A stretch of DNA of 64,000 nucleotides, taken from NCBI GenBank assembly GCA_041666185.1, contig JBAYHL010000004.1, positions 105 through 64,104 of the forward strand. The letters run 5' to 3'. Source of the stretch: Patescibacteria group bacterium. GTDB lineage: Bacteria; Patescibacteriota; UBA1384; UBA12157; JAENIV01. The notes beneath the pieces were generated by a model. That model was not told the DNA's origin and searched no databases. It saw nothing but the letters and a program-made list of their open reading frames with translations. The position numbers and the translations under genes are program-made. Shown in pieces: positions 50,141 to 60,069 of the stretch; within the stretch, counting starts at the first letter, position 1; every line of letters begins with the position of its first letter.

Positions 50141-50698
50141 TTAAATAGTCCTAATTTCTTTTTCTTTATCTTCAATTAATTTATTAATTTTTAAATTAAA
50201 ATCTTCAATCAATTTGTTTAAATCTTTTTCTGCTCGATAACGATCATCTTCTGTGATTTGCTTGCTCGATTCTAATTTTTTAATATCTTTCCACGAGTCT
50301 TCGCGCAAATTTCTAAGTATCACTCTCGCCTCTTCGGCCATTTTATGGATCATACGAACTAATTCTTCTCGACGCTCAGCTGTCATTGGTGGTAGAGATA
50401 GCCTAATAGTTCGACCATCGCTTGTAGGGTTAAGGCCAACTTCTGAATTCTGAATTGCTAGTTTTATATCACCCAAAGAATTTGTATCCCATGGTTGAAT
50501 AACAATTGACGAAGGATCAGGCGTGCTAATATTAGCCACCTGTTTTAATGGTGTCATCGAACCATAATAAGAAACTAAAATATTTTCAACTAGCGCAGAG
50601 TTTGCCTTACCCGTTCTTACACCTTTTAAATTCTCTGATAACTTTTCCGTTATCTGCTGCATTTTGGGGTTAAGACCACGAAGAATACTTTGATACAC
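50141..50698 (-). CDS. frr: Ribosome recycling factor
   Basis: 185 aa, RRF signature throughout (...KGVRTGKANSALVENILVSYYG...). Confidence 0.95.
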   Translation of the reverse strand: MYQSILRGLNPKMQQITEKLSENLKGVRTGKANSALVENILVSYYGSMTPLKQVANISTPDPSSIVIQPWDTNSLGDIKLAIQNSEVGLNPTSDGRTIRLSLPPMTAERREELVRMIHKMAEEARVILRNLREDSWKDIKKLESSKQITEDDRYRAEKDLNKLIEDFNLKINKLIEDKEKEIRTI

Positions 50699-50724
50699 AT
50701 TCCTCCTAAAATAATATTTCTACT

Positions 50725-51183
50725 TTAGAGCTCTTCTCCTAATTCGTATCTTATAAATCTTTTAACTTTAATATTTTCACCAATTTTAGCAGTTGCTTGA
50801 TCGATTAAATCTTTAATAGTTAATGAGTCATCTTTAATATAACTTCCCTCTAATAGTTCTGGCAAGTCTTTAGGATTGATTGAAGCAATTTGCATAGCAA
50901 TATTGTGAGCTAAATCCTTAAATTCATCATTTTTAGCAACAAAATCACTTTCGCAAGCAATTTCCAAAACTACACCAATTTTACTTGCATGATTATAAGT
51001 TTCAATTAAACCTTGGTTAGCTGCTCGCTCAGCTTTTTTTTGAGCAATGCTTTGAGCATTGGAAGCTAAGATTTTTTGAGCTTTGTCAAAATCTCCGTTT
51101 GATTCTTCTAAAGCCTTCTTGCAATCCATTACGCCAGCACCGGTTACTGTGCGAAGTTTGGCAACATCTTGGGCAGAGGTCAT
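50725..51183 (-). CDS. tsf: Elongation factor Ts (short, 152 aa)
   Basis: N-terminal UBA-like ...LRTVTGAGVMDCKKALEESNGD.. motif. It lies just downstream of rpsB. Confidence 0.75.
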   Translation of the reverse strand: MTSAQDVAKLRTVTGAGVMDCKKALEESNGDFDKAQKILASNAQSIAQKKAERAANQGLIETYNHASKIGVVLEIACESDFVAKNDEFKDLAHNIAMQIASINPKDLPELLEGSYIKDDSLTIKDLIDQATAKIGENIKVKRFIRYELGEEL

Positions 51184-51869
51184 TTACTCTCCTTTTTGTT
51201 TTCTTTTACCCCTTCTTCAATATTTTCCAAAATAAGTTTAATGGAATTTTGTGAATCGTCGTTAGCAGGAATAGGAATATCGATTAAATCTGGGTTAGCA
51301 TTAGTGTCACAAATTCCAACGATTGGAATATTAATTTTTCTAGCTTCAAGTACACCAACAGATTCTTTGGCTGTGTCAACCACAAAAAGAATATCTGGAA
51401 CTTTTTTCAAATCTTTAATACCATCAAAAACTGAATTTAATTTTGAAATTTTTTCCTCAATCCTTTTTCTTTCTTTTTTAGTAAAAGCAGAGAATTCCGG
51501 CGATTTAACTTGAGCTTCTAAATCAGCTAAAGTTTTGAGTGATTTATAAATAGTTTCAAAATTTGTAAGCATTCCCCCTGGCCAACGTTCAGTCATATAA
51601 GGCATATTTAAATTAGTAGCAATTTTCTTAACAGCTTCTTTAGCCTGCATTTTTGTTCCCAAAAAGAGAACTGTTTTACCACTAGAAATTTCCTTTTTTA
51701 AATATTTGATCGCTTCCTCGAGTTGTTCAAGCGTTTTTTCCAAATTAATAATATAAACACTATCACGAATTGTATAGGTAAATTGCTTCGCCCGTGGAAA
51801 TGATTTTTCTTTTTTATGACCGAAGTGAGTTCCGGCCTCCAGAAGTTCAGTTAATGTTGGCATTGCCAT
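51180..51869 (-). CDS. rpsB: 30S ribosomal protein S2
   Basis: LLEAGTHFGH N-terminus and S2 family motifs. Overlaps tsf by 4 nt. Confidence 0.95.
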   Translation of the reverse strand: MAMPTLTELLEAGTHFGHKKEKSFPRAKQFTYTIRDSVYIINLEKTLEQLEEAIKYLKKEISSGKTVLFLGTKMQAKEAVKKIATNLNMPYMTERWPGGMLTNFETIYKSLKTLADLEAQVKSPEFSAFTKKERKRIEEKISKLNSVFDGIKDLKKVPDILFVVDTAKESVGVLEARKINIPIVGICDTNANPDLIDIPIPANDDSQNSIKLILENIEEGVKENKKESK

Positions 51870-51971
51870 GTTTCCTTTCGCTCCTATTAGACTAATTATT
51901 CTATCATAGAAATAGTATCATATCTTTTAATTTTTGACAAGAGAAGAAGTTTAAGCAACAATATTATTAAG

Positions 51972-52247
51972 ATGAAAATTAAATCAAAAATCAAACAAAA
52001 AACTCTTATTATAACTATTTTAATATTAAGTTTTAGTTGTCTAGCAACCGCTTTATATTTTTCGCCATTTATTCAAAATAATCGCTACATAAAAGCACAT
52101 AGAATAGAACAGCAAGCGAAAAAATATTCTCTTGGAAGTAATGAGTATCAAAGATTAATGGCTATTGCCAACGCCATTCGCAAGGGTGAAAAAAATTATA
52201 CCTATACACCAAATTCTGCACCAGTAAACTCAGTAAGCCATCCTTAA
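51972..52247 (+). CDS. Hypothetical small membrane/secreted protein (91 aa)
   Basis: N-terminal TM/signal segment, no family. Confidence 0.4.
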   Translation: MKIKSKIKQKTLIITILILSFSCLATALYFSPFIQNNRYIKAHRIEQQAKKYSLGSNEYQRLMAIANAIRKGEKNYTYTPNSAPVNSVSHP

Positions 52248-52256
52248 TCTTAGTAT

Positions 52257-52922
52257 TTAATTCACAGTCCCTTTGACCACCCATTTACTTGGATTAAAAT
52301 GATTGTTTAGCTCAAGAAGTGCATCGTAAGCTTTATTAGGACAAGTGTACGACTTACCACTTACAGCGCAACCATTTGCCAGATTTTGAAAATCATTTAA
52401 ACTCGCATCCTCAGCAACCCATGCAGTTTTTGCAGTTGTACAAGTACCATACAACAAAGAAGGATTGCGATATGTTACTTCGTACTCTCTTTTTAAACCA
52501 TCTGTAGAAGAGTCAACTAATCCTCTACCAGCAGTTCCCCCAATTCGACCATTCCCAGTAAATTGAAATGTCGTCTGTTGTGACCAGCAGTTCACTCCTG
52601 CCGTAGCTTTTATAGTCTCGAATTCAGAAGCAACCCATGTTTCGCTCGCCAGCTGATTTCCCCAGCCTTGATCATATACTTTTACATCCCATGCATACAC
52701 AAATGGCTCAATTTTGTTACCATATACAACAATATCACCTAATGAATCTCCCCAGCTTGGTTGAGCTGCATTACGAGCTGACTGAACAATATGGCTAGTA
52801 TATTCTATATTATAATCTTTTTGAGCTGCTTGAGCCGATCTATAATAGGAAAAACTTAGTAGCATTAAACCAAAACTAATCAAAAATAACGAAAAACTTA
52901 AACGTAAAAAATGCTTATTCAC
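52257..52922 (-). CDS. Hypothetical secreted protein (221 aa)
   Basis: Signal/TM N-terminus, Trp/Tyr-rich body with several Cys, no family. Confidence 0.5.
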   Translation of the reverse strand: MNKHFLRLSFSLFLISFGLMLLSFSYYRSAQAAQKDYNIEYTSHIVQSARNAAQPSWGDSLGDIVVYGNKIEPFVYAWDVKVYDQGWGNQLASETWVASEFETIKATAGVNCWSQQTTFQFTGNGRIGGTAGRGLVDSSTDGLKREYEVTYRNPSLLYGTCTTAKTAWVAEDASLNDFQNLANGCAVSGKSYTCPNKAYDALLELNNHFNPSKWVVKGTVN

Positions 52923-53027
52923 TATACCCCACCCTTAACTTAAATTTCAAAAAATTAATATCGACATATTAATTATAAGTTGCTCGTAGATATTGTCAAA
53001 CTATTAATCTTGTGCTAAGATAGACTT

Positions 53028-53276
53028 ATGAAAAAAGATATACACCCTAAATATTTCGAAAACACTAAAGTTACCTGTTCTTGCGGTAACTCATTTGAGG
53101 TAGGCTCAACTGTACCAGAGATTCATGTTGAAGTCTGCTCAGCTTGCCATCCATTCTATACCGGAACAGCTAAATTTATTGATACTGCTGGTCGCGTAGA
53201 CAAATTCCAAGAGAAAGTTAAAATTGCCGAAGCAATGCGACAAGCCAGTCAGAAAAAAGATAAGAAAGAAAAATAA
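53028..53276 (+). CDS. rpmE: 50S ribosomal protein L31
   Basis: MKKDIHPKY...CSCGN...[10 protein letters not shown]: the zinc-ribbon (type A) L31 signature. Confidence 0.9.
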   Translation: MKKDIHPKYFENTKVTCSCGNSFEVGSTVPEIHVEVCSACHPFYTGTAKFIDTAGRVDKFQEKVKIAEAMRQASQKKDKKEK

Positions 53277-53340
53277 GACAGTTAAAAATTAAGAACTCAA
53301 TTACTCAGTTATATTAACTGTCTTAATTATCTTAAATATT

Positions 53341-54225
53341 ATGAATGACGATCACTTATTAAAACAACTTCAGGAAGCTGAAGAGCTCTACAAAACCAGT
53401 GACGACCCTAGTATTCGTGAACTCGCTAAAAGAGAAATTGAAAGTTTACAAAACAGGGTTTTTATTGGTAACCAAACTGATAAAAATCTAATTTTAGAAA
53501 TACGAGCCGGTACTGGCGGACAAGAAGCTGAGCTTTTTGCTAGCGAACTTTTTAGAATGTATCAAAAGTTCGCCGAAAGAAGCGGTTGGCAAATTAGTGT
53601 TCTAAACTCTAACAGAACACCCCTTGGTGGAGTAAGAGAAATTATTGCTGAAATAAAAGGTGATAAATCTTTCCAAATGCTACAATACGAATCAGGTGTT
53701 CACAGGGTTCAACGAGTACCAAAAACTGAAAAATCGGGTCGTTTACACACATCGGCGGCAACTGTCGCTGTCCTTCCAGAAGTAGAGGAAACGGAAATTC
53801 AAATAAATCCCCAAGATTTGAGAGTTGATGTTTATCATGCTCAAGGACATGGCGGTCAAGGTGTTAACACGACCGACTCAGCCGTTCGTATCACCCATTT
53901 ACCAACAGGTCTAGTTGTCACCTGCCAAGATGAACGCTCGCAAATTAAAAATCGCGCTAAAGCCTTAGGCGTCCTTCGCTCAAGACTCTACGAAATTGAA
54001 GAAGAAAAGAAGAGAAAAGAACAAGGAACGAAGCGTCAATCACAAATTGGCAGCGGGGACAGAAGTGAAAAAATTAGAACTTATAATTTTCCTCAAGATA
54101 GAATTACTGATCATCGAATCAAGAAATCTTGGAGCAAAATTTCTCAAATTCTTGATGGCGACTTAGAGCCGATTATTAAAGCTTTACAAAAAGCCGATCT
54201 AGAACTCAAACTTCAAGAAAATTAA
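53341..54225 (+). CDS. prfA: Peptide chain release factor 1 (short N-terminus)
   Basis: GGQ motif ([21 protein letters not shown]) and an RF1-type PxT tripeptide (RVPKTE). 294 aa. Confidence 0.85.
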   Translation: MNDDHLLKQLQEAEELYKTSDDPSIRELAKREIESLQNRVFIGNQTDKNLILEIRAGTGGQEAELFASELFRMYQKFAERSGWQISVLNSNRTPLGGVREIIAEIKGDKSFQMLQYESGVHRVQRVPKTEKSGRLHTSAATVAVLPEVEETEIQINPQDLRVDVYHAQGHGGQGVNTTDSAVRITHLPTGLVVTCQDERSQIKNRAKALGVLRSRLYEIEEEKKRKEQGTKRQSQIGSGDRSEKIRTYNFPQDRITDHRIKKSWSKISQILDGDLEPIIKALQKADLELKLQEN

Positions 54226-54226
54226 T

Positions 54227-55399
54227 TTATTCAGTTGAACCCAATTTCAATTTAGTAGTTTGTTCTTTACCATCTCTTTGAAATTTTACATCCAATTCAT
54301 CACCAACTTGATAATTTTGAATAACCGCTCCTAATGGATGATTCTCGTCGATTCTTGTGCCATTTATTTCCAAAATAATATCATTGGCACGAATACCGGC
54401 TTTGTCTGCTGGCGACCCAGAAACAACAGCAGGATTACTATTACTACCGGTTACTAATGCACCATAGTCAACTGACAAGTTGTAACTTTTTGATATTTCT
54501 TTATTTAAAGTAATATATCTAACTCCCATTTGCGGTTTAATAATTTTTCCAGTTTTTTTGTAAGATTCGAGGGCAACTTTAGCTTGATTAACAGGAATTG
54601 CAAAACCAATGCTTTGAGCATTACCGGCAATAGCCGTATTGATACCTACCACTTGACCAGCCAAATTAATTAACGGTCCACCAGAATTACCAGAATTAAT
54701 AGCGGCGTCTGTTTGAAGCAAATTATTCAATTGTTCCTGTGTCGTACCGCTACCAACCGTAAGTTGTCTTTCTCTCGCCGAAATAACTCCCACTGTCAAA
54801 GTGTTTTGTAATTGACCTAAAGCATTACCGATAGCTAAAACCCACTGACCAATCTGCAAATCATTTGAATCACCCAAATCAACTACCGGAAGACCGCTAG
54901 CTTCAATTTTTAAAATTGCTAAATCGTTAGTTGGATCTAGAGCAACAACTTTAGCCGGATAACTTTTATCATCAGTGGTCAGAACCGTTAAATTTTCACC
55001 CGCCTGGGCAACATGTTTATTTGTTAAAATTAAACCGTCGTTAGTAATAATAAATCCTGTCCCACCACCTTCTTGCTGACTAACTTGACCAAAAATATCT
55101 TGGACATTTTTCGAAGTGGTAATGGAAACAACTGCTGGAGCAACCTTTTTGGCGGCATCAATAATAGTAGACGATTCTTCCAATTTTAATTTTTCTGTTT
55201 TAGTCGTTGTAATATTAAATGATCCGCCTTTTATTCCTAAAGCTTCCTGTAAACGACTATTGGAGGTTAAAAGCAAAGTTGCTCCCGTCCCACCCAAAAG
55301 ACCCATCAAAAAACTTAAAACTAAAAATAAAACAACAAAAGTTCCCCCACGCTTTAAACCAGAATTTTTACTACCATCTAAATAATGGATTTTTGACAT
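54227..55399 (-). CDS. HtrA/DegP-family serine protease with a PDZ domain
   Basis: N-terminal TM. His/Asp/Ser catalytic contexts are TNKHV, ...DLAIL and GNSGGPL. C-terminal PDZ. Confidence 0.9.
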   Translation of the reverse strand: MSKIHYLDGSKNSGLKRGGTFVVLFLVLSFLMGLLGGTGATLLLTSNSRLQEALGIKGGSFNITTTKTEKLKLEESSTIIDAAKKVAPAVVSITTSKNVQDIFGQVSQQEGGGTGFIITNDGLILTNKHVAQAGENLTVLTTDDKSYPAKVVALDPTNDLAILKIEASGLPVVDLGDSNDLQIGQWVLAIGNALGQLQNTLTVGVISARERQLTVGSGTTQEQLNNLLQTDAAINSGNSGGPLINLAGQVVGINTAIAGNAQSIGFAIPVNQAKVALESYKKTGKIIKPQMGVRYITLNKEISKSYNLSVDYGALVTGSNSNPAVVSGSPADKAGIRANDIILEINGTRIDENHPLGAVIQNYQVGDELDVKFQRDGKEQTTKLKLGSTE

Positions 55400-55410
55400 A
55401 TATCCTCTTT

Positions 55411-55743
55411 CTATTTATTTTTGGAAGCTATTTCTTCTTCTTTTTTTTCATCTTCTTTTTTTTCTTCTTCAGCCGCTTCTTGAGTACTTTTGCCTAAAAG
55501 ATAGGTTATCGTAACAGCCAAAAAAGTTACGATTAAAGCATAAATTAATTTTGAATAAAAACCAGTACCAGATTTAATAAAATGATTAATAAAAGTTTGA
55601 ATTGTTTCATTCCACGCTAAAGCAGCGACTAATCCAAAGCTAGCCGTTGCCAGTTGAGTCATAGTCTTTAAAAATTCGCTACGTAAGTTTTTACCATTTT
55701 TTTTCATACTATAATTCCTTTTTAAATTTAATAAGATTTTCAA
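55411..55743 (-). CDS. Small membrane protein with a K/E-rich C-terminal tail
   Basis: 110 aa, two TM helices, then ...EEEKKEDEKKEEEIASKNK. Confidence 0.45.
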   Translation of the reverse strand: MKILLNLKRNYSMKKNGKNLRSEFLKTMTQLATASFGLVAALAWNETIQTFINHFIKSGTGFYSKLIYALIVTFLAVTITYLLGKSTQEAAEEEKKEDEKKEEEIASKNK

Positions 55744-57142
55744 TTAACTCTTTAACCAATTTTGGATCTGCCTGACCCTTCATTTGCCCCATTACTTGAC
55801 CAACCAAAAATCCCAATGCTTCTTTTTTACCGTTATTTATATCATCAACTACCTTGGAATTGTCCTCCACTACTTTATTTACTATGTTAGCAATTTCACT
55901 CTGATCTTTAGGTGGCGTAATTCCTTTTTCTTGAATAATAGTACTTGCATTTTTACCAGTTTCCATCATAATCTCTAAAACTTCCTTAGCGTTAGAACCT
56001 GTTATCTTATGGTTTTCCAACAAACTCAGCAATTCACCTAATTTTTGACAATCCACCTTGTCTATATTTTCAACCCCTAGGATATTTATTATCCAATTAG
56101 CCGCAGTAACTGGATGAACTAATTTTGCTAATTTTTCAAAATATTCAGCTGTTGCCTTTTCTTGTACTAGAATGTCAGCAACTTCTTTTGTAGGGATTTT
56201 GAAACCTTTTTCCCAATCCAAATATCTCTTCCTTTTCTCAGCCGGCAATTCTGGAATTTCTTTTCTTATCTCTTCGATTTCTTCGTCAGAAATTTCAAAA
56301 GGTGGAATATCTGGTTCTGGAAAATAACGATAATCTTGGGCGAACTCCTTACTTCTTTGCGAATAAGTCTCACCACTTACATCATTCCAACCGCGCGTTT
56401 CTTTAACTATTTTTTCACCCTTTTCAAGTAATTCTTTTTGGCGCTTTTCTTCGTATAAAAGTGCTCTTTCAACCATTCGAAAGCTATTCATATTTTTAAT
56501 TTCTACCGGCACGCCCATTTCCCATTTGTCATTTTTATTTTCCGATACACTAATGTTAGCATCACATCGCATGTGTCCTTTTTCCATACTAGCCTCAGTT
56601 ACTGATAAATACCTTAGAATTGACCGTAATTCTTGCATAAAAATCTTCGCTTCTTCAGGTGAAGAAATATCTGGATTGGTAACAATTTCCATTAAAGGTG
56701 TGCCTGCACGATTTAGATCAATTAAAGTCCCGTCATCTGCATGGATAAGCTTTCCTGCATCTTCTTCAAGATGAATTCTGGTTAAACTAATCTTTCTTAT
56801 CTCTTCTTTATTATTTCTTATCTCCAAATACCCACCTTCACAAAAAGGCATATCGTACTGTGAAATTTGATAATTTTTAGGAGAATCTGGATAAAAATAA
56901 TGCTTGCGATCGAATTTAGAAAAATTGGCAATTTTTGAATTTAAAGCTAGGCCTGTTTTTAGTGTCCATTCAATCGCTTGTTTGTTTGCTACGGGAAGTA
57001 CACCTGGCAGACCAAGACAAACTGGGCACACCAAAGAATTTGGCTCCGCTTGCTCTGCCTTATTGTCGCAGCCACAAAACATTTTTGATTTAGTTTTTAA
57101 TTGGACATGGATTTCCAAGCCAATAACAGTTTTAAATTCCAT
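55709..57142 (-). CDS. gatB: Asp/Glu-tRNA(Asn/Gln) amidotransferase subunit B
   Basis: N-terminal MEFKTVIGLEIHVQL...MFCGC, and a GatB/YqeY C-terminus. Confidence 0.95.
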   Translation of the reverse strand: MEFKTVIGLEIHVQLKTKSKMFCGCDNKAEQAEPNSLVCPVCLGLPGVLPVANKQAIEWTLKTGLALNSKIANFSKFDRKHYFYPDSPKNYQISQYDMPFCEGGYLEIRNNKEEIRKISLTRIHLEEDAGKLIHADDGTLIDLNRAGTPLMEIVTNPDISSPEEAKIFMQELRSILRYLSVTEASMEKGHMRCDANISVSENKNDKWEMGVPVEIKNMNSFRMVERALLYEEKRQKELLEKGEKIVKETRGWNDVSGETYSQRSKEFAQDYRYFPEPDIPPFEISDEEIEEIRKEIPELPAEKRKRYLDWEKGFKIPTKEVADILVQEKATAEYFEKLAKLVHPVTAANWIINILGVENIDKVDCQKLGELLSLLENHKITGSNAKEVLEIMMETGKNASTIIQEKGITPPKDQSEIANIVNKVVEDNSKVVDDINNGKKEALGFLVGQVMGQMKGQADPKLVKELIENLIKFKKEL

Positions 57143-57157
57143 AATTTACCCGAAAAC

Positions 57158-57640
57158 TTATACTAATTCCTCAATTGCTTTTTTAAAATTTTTTATTGCT
57201 TCACGAGCAACAAAATCAGTAATTTCATATTGACTACTATGAACAATCTCGTTTCTAACTTTGTGGCCTCGCCAAGCAGCATCAAGTCCTTCTGGTGAAA
57301 AACGATTTTTGGAAGCTTTTAAGCGATCTCCCATAGTTAGACCTGGTGCTCGCAAGCCTTTTAAAACATGATCTAAAAGTTTATCTGCTTCCAAAACTGC
57401 TCTGGAATAATTCGAAGGATGACCCAAACGCATAAGTTCTTCAATTTCTTGCCACTTATTTTCAACAAAATTTTTATCTAATCTCTCACTGTTAGCAAAA
57501 CCTTTTTGACCTCCACCTCTTTTTTTGCCAAAAAGTAATTTAAATGGTGCGGAAATAAACCACCACAATGCTTTTAAAAACCCTTCGACAATTTTTTGTT
57601 CAGTTGTTTTTTTGTGATATTTATGCACCCTGTAGCCCAT
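57158..57640 (-). CDS. Hypothetical protein inserted between gatA and gatB; possible HEPN-like (Rx4H) domain
   Basis: 160 aa. It has a hydrophobic N-terminal segment. The C-terminus carries HKVRNEIVHSSQY (R-x4-H-x3-Y), as in HepT/HEPN RNases. Confidence 0.45.
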   Translation of the reverse strand: MGYRVHKYHKKTTEQKIVEGFLKALWWFISAPFKLLFGKKRGGGQKGFANSERLDKNFVENKWQEIEELMRLGHPSNYSRAVLEADKLLDHVLKGLRAPGLTMGDRLKASKNRFSPEGLDAAWRGHKVRNEIVHSSQYEITDFVAREAIKNFKKAIEELV

Positions 57641-59075
57641 CTCTTACCCCCTCGTATATTTTTGCTAACCCTAAAACCCTAAAGTCAGAAAGCTGTGGAC
57701 CAATAATTTGCAAACCAACTGGCAAACTATTTACTTTTCCACAAGGAATAGAAATTGCTGGAAGACCTGCTAAATTTACAGCGATTGTGTAGATGTCTGA
57801 TAAATACATTGTTAAAGGATCTGATTTTTGACCAATTTTAAAAGCAGTTTCTGGCGAGACAGGACCCAAAATAAAATCTACTTCCTCGAAAACCTTATCA
57901 AAATCTTTTTTGATTAAAGCTCTGACTTTTTGAGCCTTATTGTAATACTGATCGATATAACCAGATGAAGATGTGTAAGTCCCAAGCATTACTCGTCTTT
58001 TTACTTCCTTACCAAAACCATTAGATCTTGTCTCTAAATAAATATCTAATAGATTTTGGGCTGTAAGTTTCGAGCTTTGTTTTTGGGCCGAAAATCCATA
58101 TTTTATGCCATCATAGCGAGCTAGGTTAGAGGCAACTTCTACCGGCATAATAATATAGTAGCAAGAAAGAGCGTATTTGGAGTTTGGCAAGCTAACCTCT
58201 TTAATCTGCGCTCCGATTTCTTTAAATTTCTCAATTGCTCTTTCGATTACTTTTTTTACCTCTGGATCCAACCCTTCAGCAAAATATTCTTTTGGAATCC
58301 CAATTTTTAAATCCTTTAGATTTATTTTCTCTTTTTTTATTTCTTCTTTTAGACTTGTTGAATCTTTCACATCATGCCCTCGAATAACATCATAAAGTAT
58401 TTCAGCATCTTCGACAGTTTTAGCCATCGGACCAATCTGATCTAATGAAGAGGCCATGGCAAATAATCCATAACGTGAAACCGTACCATAAGTTGGTTTG
58501 AAACCAACTATACCAGTAAAACTGGCTGGCTGACGAATCGAACCACCAGTATCCGAACCTAAAGCTAATGGCGCCATATCAGCAGCAACAGCCGCCGCTG
58601 AGCCGCCAGACGAACCACCAGGTACCCGATCTTTATCAGACGGATTTTTCGTTGGCCCAAAAACAGAATTTTCTGTCGACGAACCCATGGCGAATTCATC
58701 CATATTAGTTTTACCCAGAATCACCGCTCCAGCAGCTTTTAACTTCTTTATAACTGTTGCTTCGTAAGGCGGAATAAAACCTTCAAGAATTTTTGAAGCA
58801 GCAGTTGTCTCTATCCCCTCGATAGCAATATTATCTTTTATGGCAATTGGAATACCATCCAATAAACCCTTCTGACTTTTCGACTCAAATCTTTTTTGTG
58901 ACTCTTCAGCCATTTTAAGAGCATCATCACCCAAAACCTTTATAAAAGCATTAAGCTCTTGATTAGTAGAAGAGATTTTTTCTAAATAACTTTGTACCAC
59001 CTCAACAGACTTCAACTTTCCGGCAGCATAAAGTTCGGATATTTTCTTGATATTTAAGTCTTTATTTTCCATCAT
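57621..59075 (-). CDS. gatA: Glutamyl-tRNA(Gln) amidotransferase subunit A
   Basis: Amidase signature GGSSGGSAAAVAADMAPLALGSDTGGSIRQPAS. Confidence 0.95.
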   Translation of the reverse strand: MMENKDLNIKKISELYAAGKLKSVEVVQSYLEKISSTNQELNAFIKVLGDDALKMAEESQKRFESKSQKGLLDGIPIAIKDNIAIEGIETTAASKILEGFIPPYEATVIKKLKAAGAVILGKTNMDEFAMGSSTENSVFGPTKNPSDKDRVPGGSSGGSAAAVAADMAPLALGSDTGGSIRQPASFTGIVGFKPTYGTVSRYGLFAMASSLDQIGPMAKTVEDAEILYDVIRGHDVKDSTSLKEEIKKEKINLKDLKIGIPKEYFAEGLDPEVKKVIERAIEKFKEIGAQIKEVSLPNSKYALSCYYIIMPVEVASNLARYDGIKYGFSAQKQSSKLTAQNLLDIYLETRSNGFGKEVKRRVMLGTYTSSSGYIDQYYNKAQKVRALIKKDFDKVFEEVDFILGPVSPETAFKIGQKSDPLTMYLSDIYTIAVNLAGLPAISIPCGKVNSLPVGLQIIGPQLSDFRVLGLAKIYEGVRDGLQGA

Positions 59076-59137
59076 TTTTATCTAACCTTATCTTACTACT
59101 AGATTAGCTATTTTGGCAATAATTATCAGGTTAGAGC

Positions 59138-59166
59138 TTGACAAAAGCCAAATTTTATGCTATTAT
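59138..59166 (+). promoter_or_regulatory. Sigma70-like promoter for the STAS-domain gene
   Basis: TTGACA (59138-59143), a 17-nt spacer, then TATTAT (59161-59166). An AAGGAGG RBS sits at 59203-59209. Confidence 0.4.
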
Positions 59167-59220
59167 TGATTTTTGTGGCGCAAACACAAAAACACTCAAT
59201 TCAAGGAGGATAAAGACCGA

Positions 59221-59586
59221 GTGAAAATCCAATCACCCCAAGAAATCTTAAAAATCCGTGTTCAGGACGATCATCCTGAACATCCAGGAAAAACAGTGCT
59301 CACGGCAGCAGGCGAGATAGATATTTATACCCAACCCTGCCTCGAAGAGCATTTCGGGATCGTTGATACCGCCAAAAAGGGTGTGGTCATCGATCTCAGA
59401 AAGACTACTTATCTTGGCGGCGAAGGTGTTGGCTTTCTAATTCGCATGTTCAAACGTGCGAAAGAAAAAGAGAAGGACTTCTGCCTCAAAGTCTGCAAAA
59501 AAGGAATTGTAAGCAGAATGCTCAAGATGACAGAGGTTGACCGATTTATACCGGTCAAATATCATGACGGGATCAACAACAACTAA
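59221..59586 (+). CDS. STAS-domain protein (anti-sigma-factor-antagonist, SpoIIAA-like)
   Basis: GTG start after the RBS. Sequence ...VLTAAGEIDIYTQPCLEE...KKGVVIDLRKTTYLGGEGVGFLIRMFK... It is plus-strand, ~47% GC, and inserted between gatC and gatA. Confidence 0.7.
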   Translation: MKIQSPQEILKIRVQDDHPEHPGKTVLTAAGEIDIYTQPCLEEHFGIVDTAKKGVVIDLRKTTYLGGEGVGFLIRMFKRAKEKEKDFCLKVCKKGIVSRMLKMTEVDRFIPVKYHDGINNN

Positions 59587-59614
59587 CCTTCTCGCTTGCG
59601 CGCCACAAAGATCT

Positions 59615-59642
59615 CCCCGTGTCATTCGACACGGGGATTTTC
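59615..59642 (+). terminator. Rho-independent terminator after the STAS gene
   Basis: CCCCGUGUCAUUCGACACGGGG plus AUUUU. Its loop and stem closely resemble the terminator at 45532. Confidence 0.65.
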
Positions 59643-59656
59643 ATATTATAGAAAAG

Positions 59657-59947
59657 TTACTCAAAAACTTTTTTAACTTTAATAAAATTATTTTGTTTTT
59701 CGGGAGCATTTTGTAAAACTTTTTCTACCAATAAACTTTCCTGAATTTCATCAGTACGACTAATATTTTCGAGTCCGCTAATTTGGGAAATGCTTTGTAA
59801 ATTTTCCGTCGGGGCGCTCTCTAGTTCTTCAACGTAATCTAAAATTGGCGTCAATTCTTGATCGTAATTATCAACATCACTTGAATCTAATTTAATACGC
59901 GAGAGTTGACCAATATGTTCAATTTCTTCTTTTGAGATTTTTGTCAT
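59657..59947 (-). CDS. gatC: Asp/Glu-tRNA amidotransferase subunit C
   Basis: 96 aa: ...ISKEEIEHIGQLSRIKL..., typical GatC. Confidence 0.85.
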   Translation of the reverse strand: MTKISKEEIEHIGQLSRIKLDSSDVDNYDQELTPILDYVEELESAPTENLQSISQISGLENISRTDEIQESLLVEKVLQNAPEKQNNFIKVKKVFE

Positions 59948-60069
59948 AATTATAAATTAATCTTTTTACTATTTTATTCTAGTTTAAGACATGGGTTAGC
60001 ACAAGCCCTTGTAATTTTTGAAAATTTAGCCTAAAATATAGCTTATTGAGCATGGAGGTGTACCTTACA

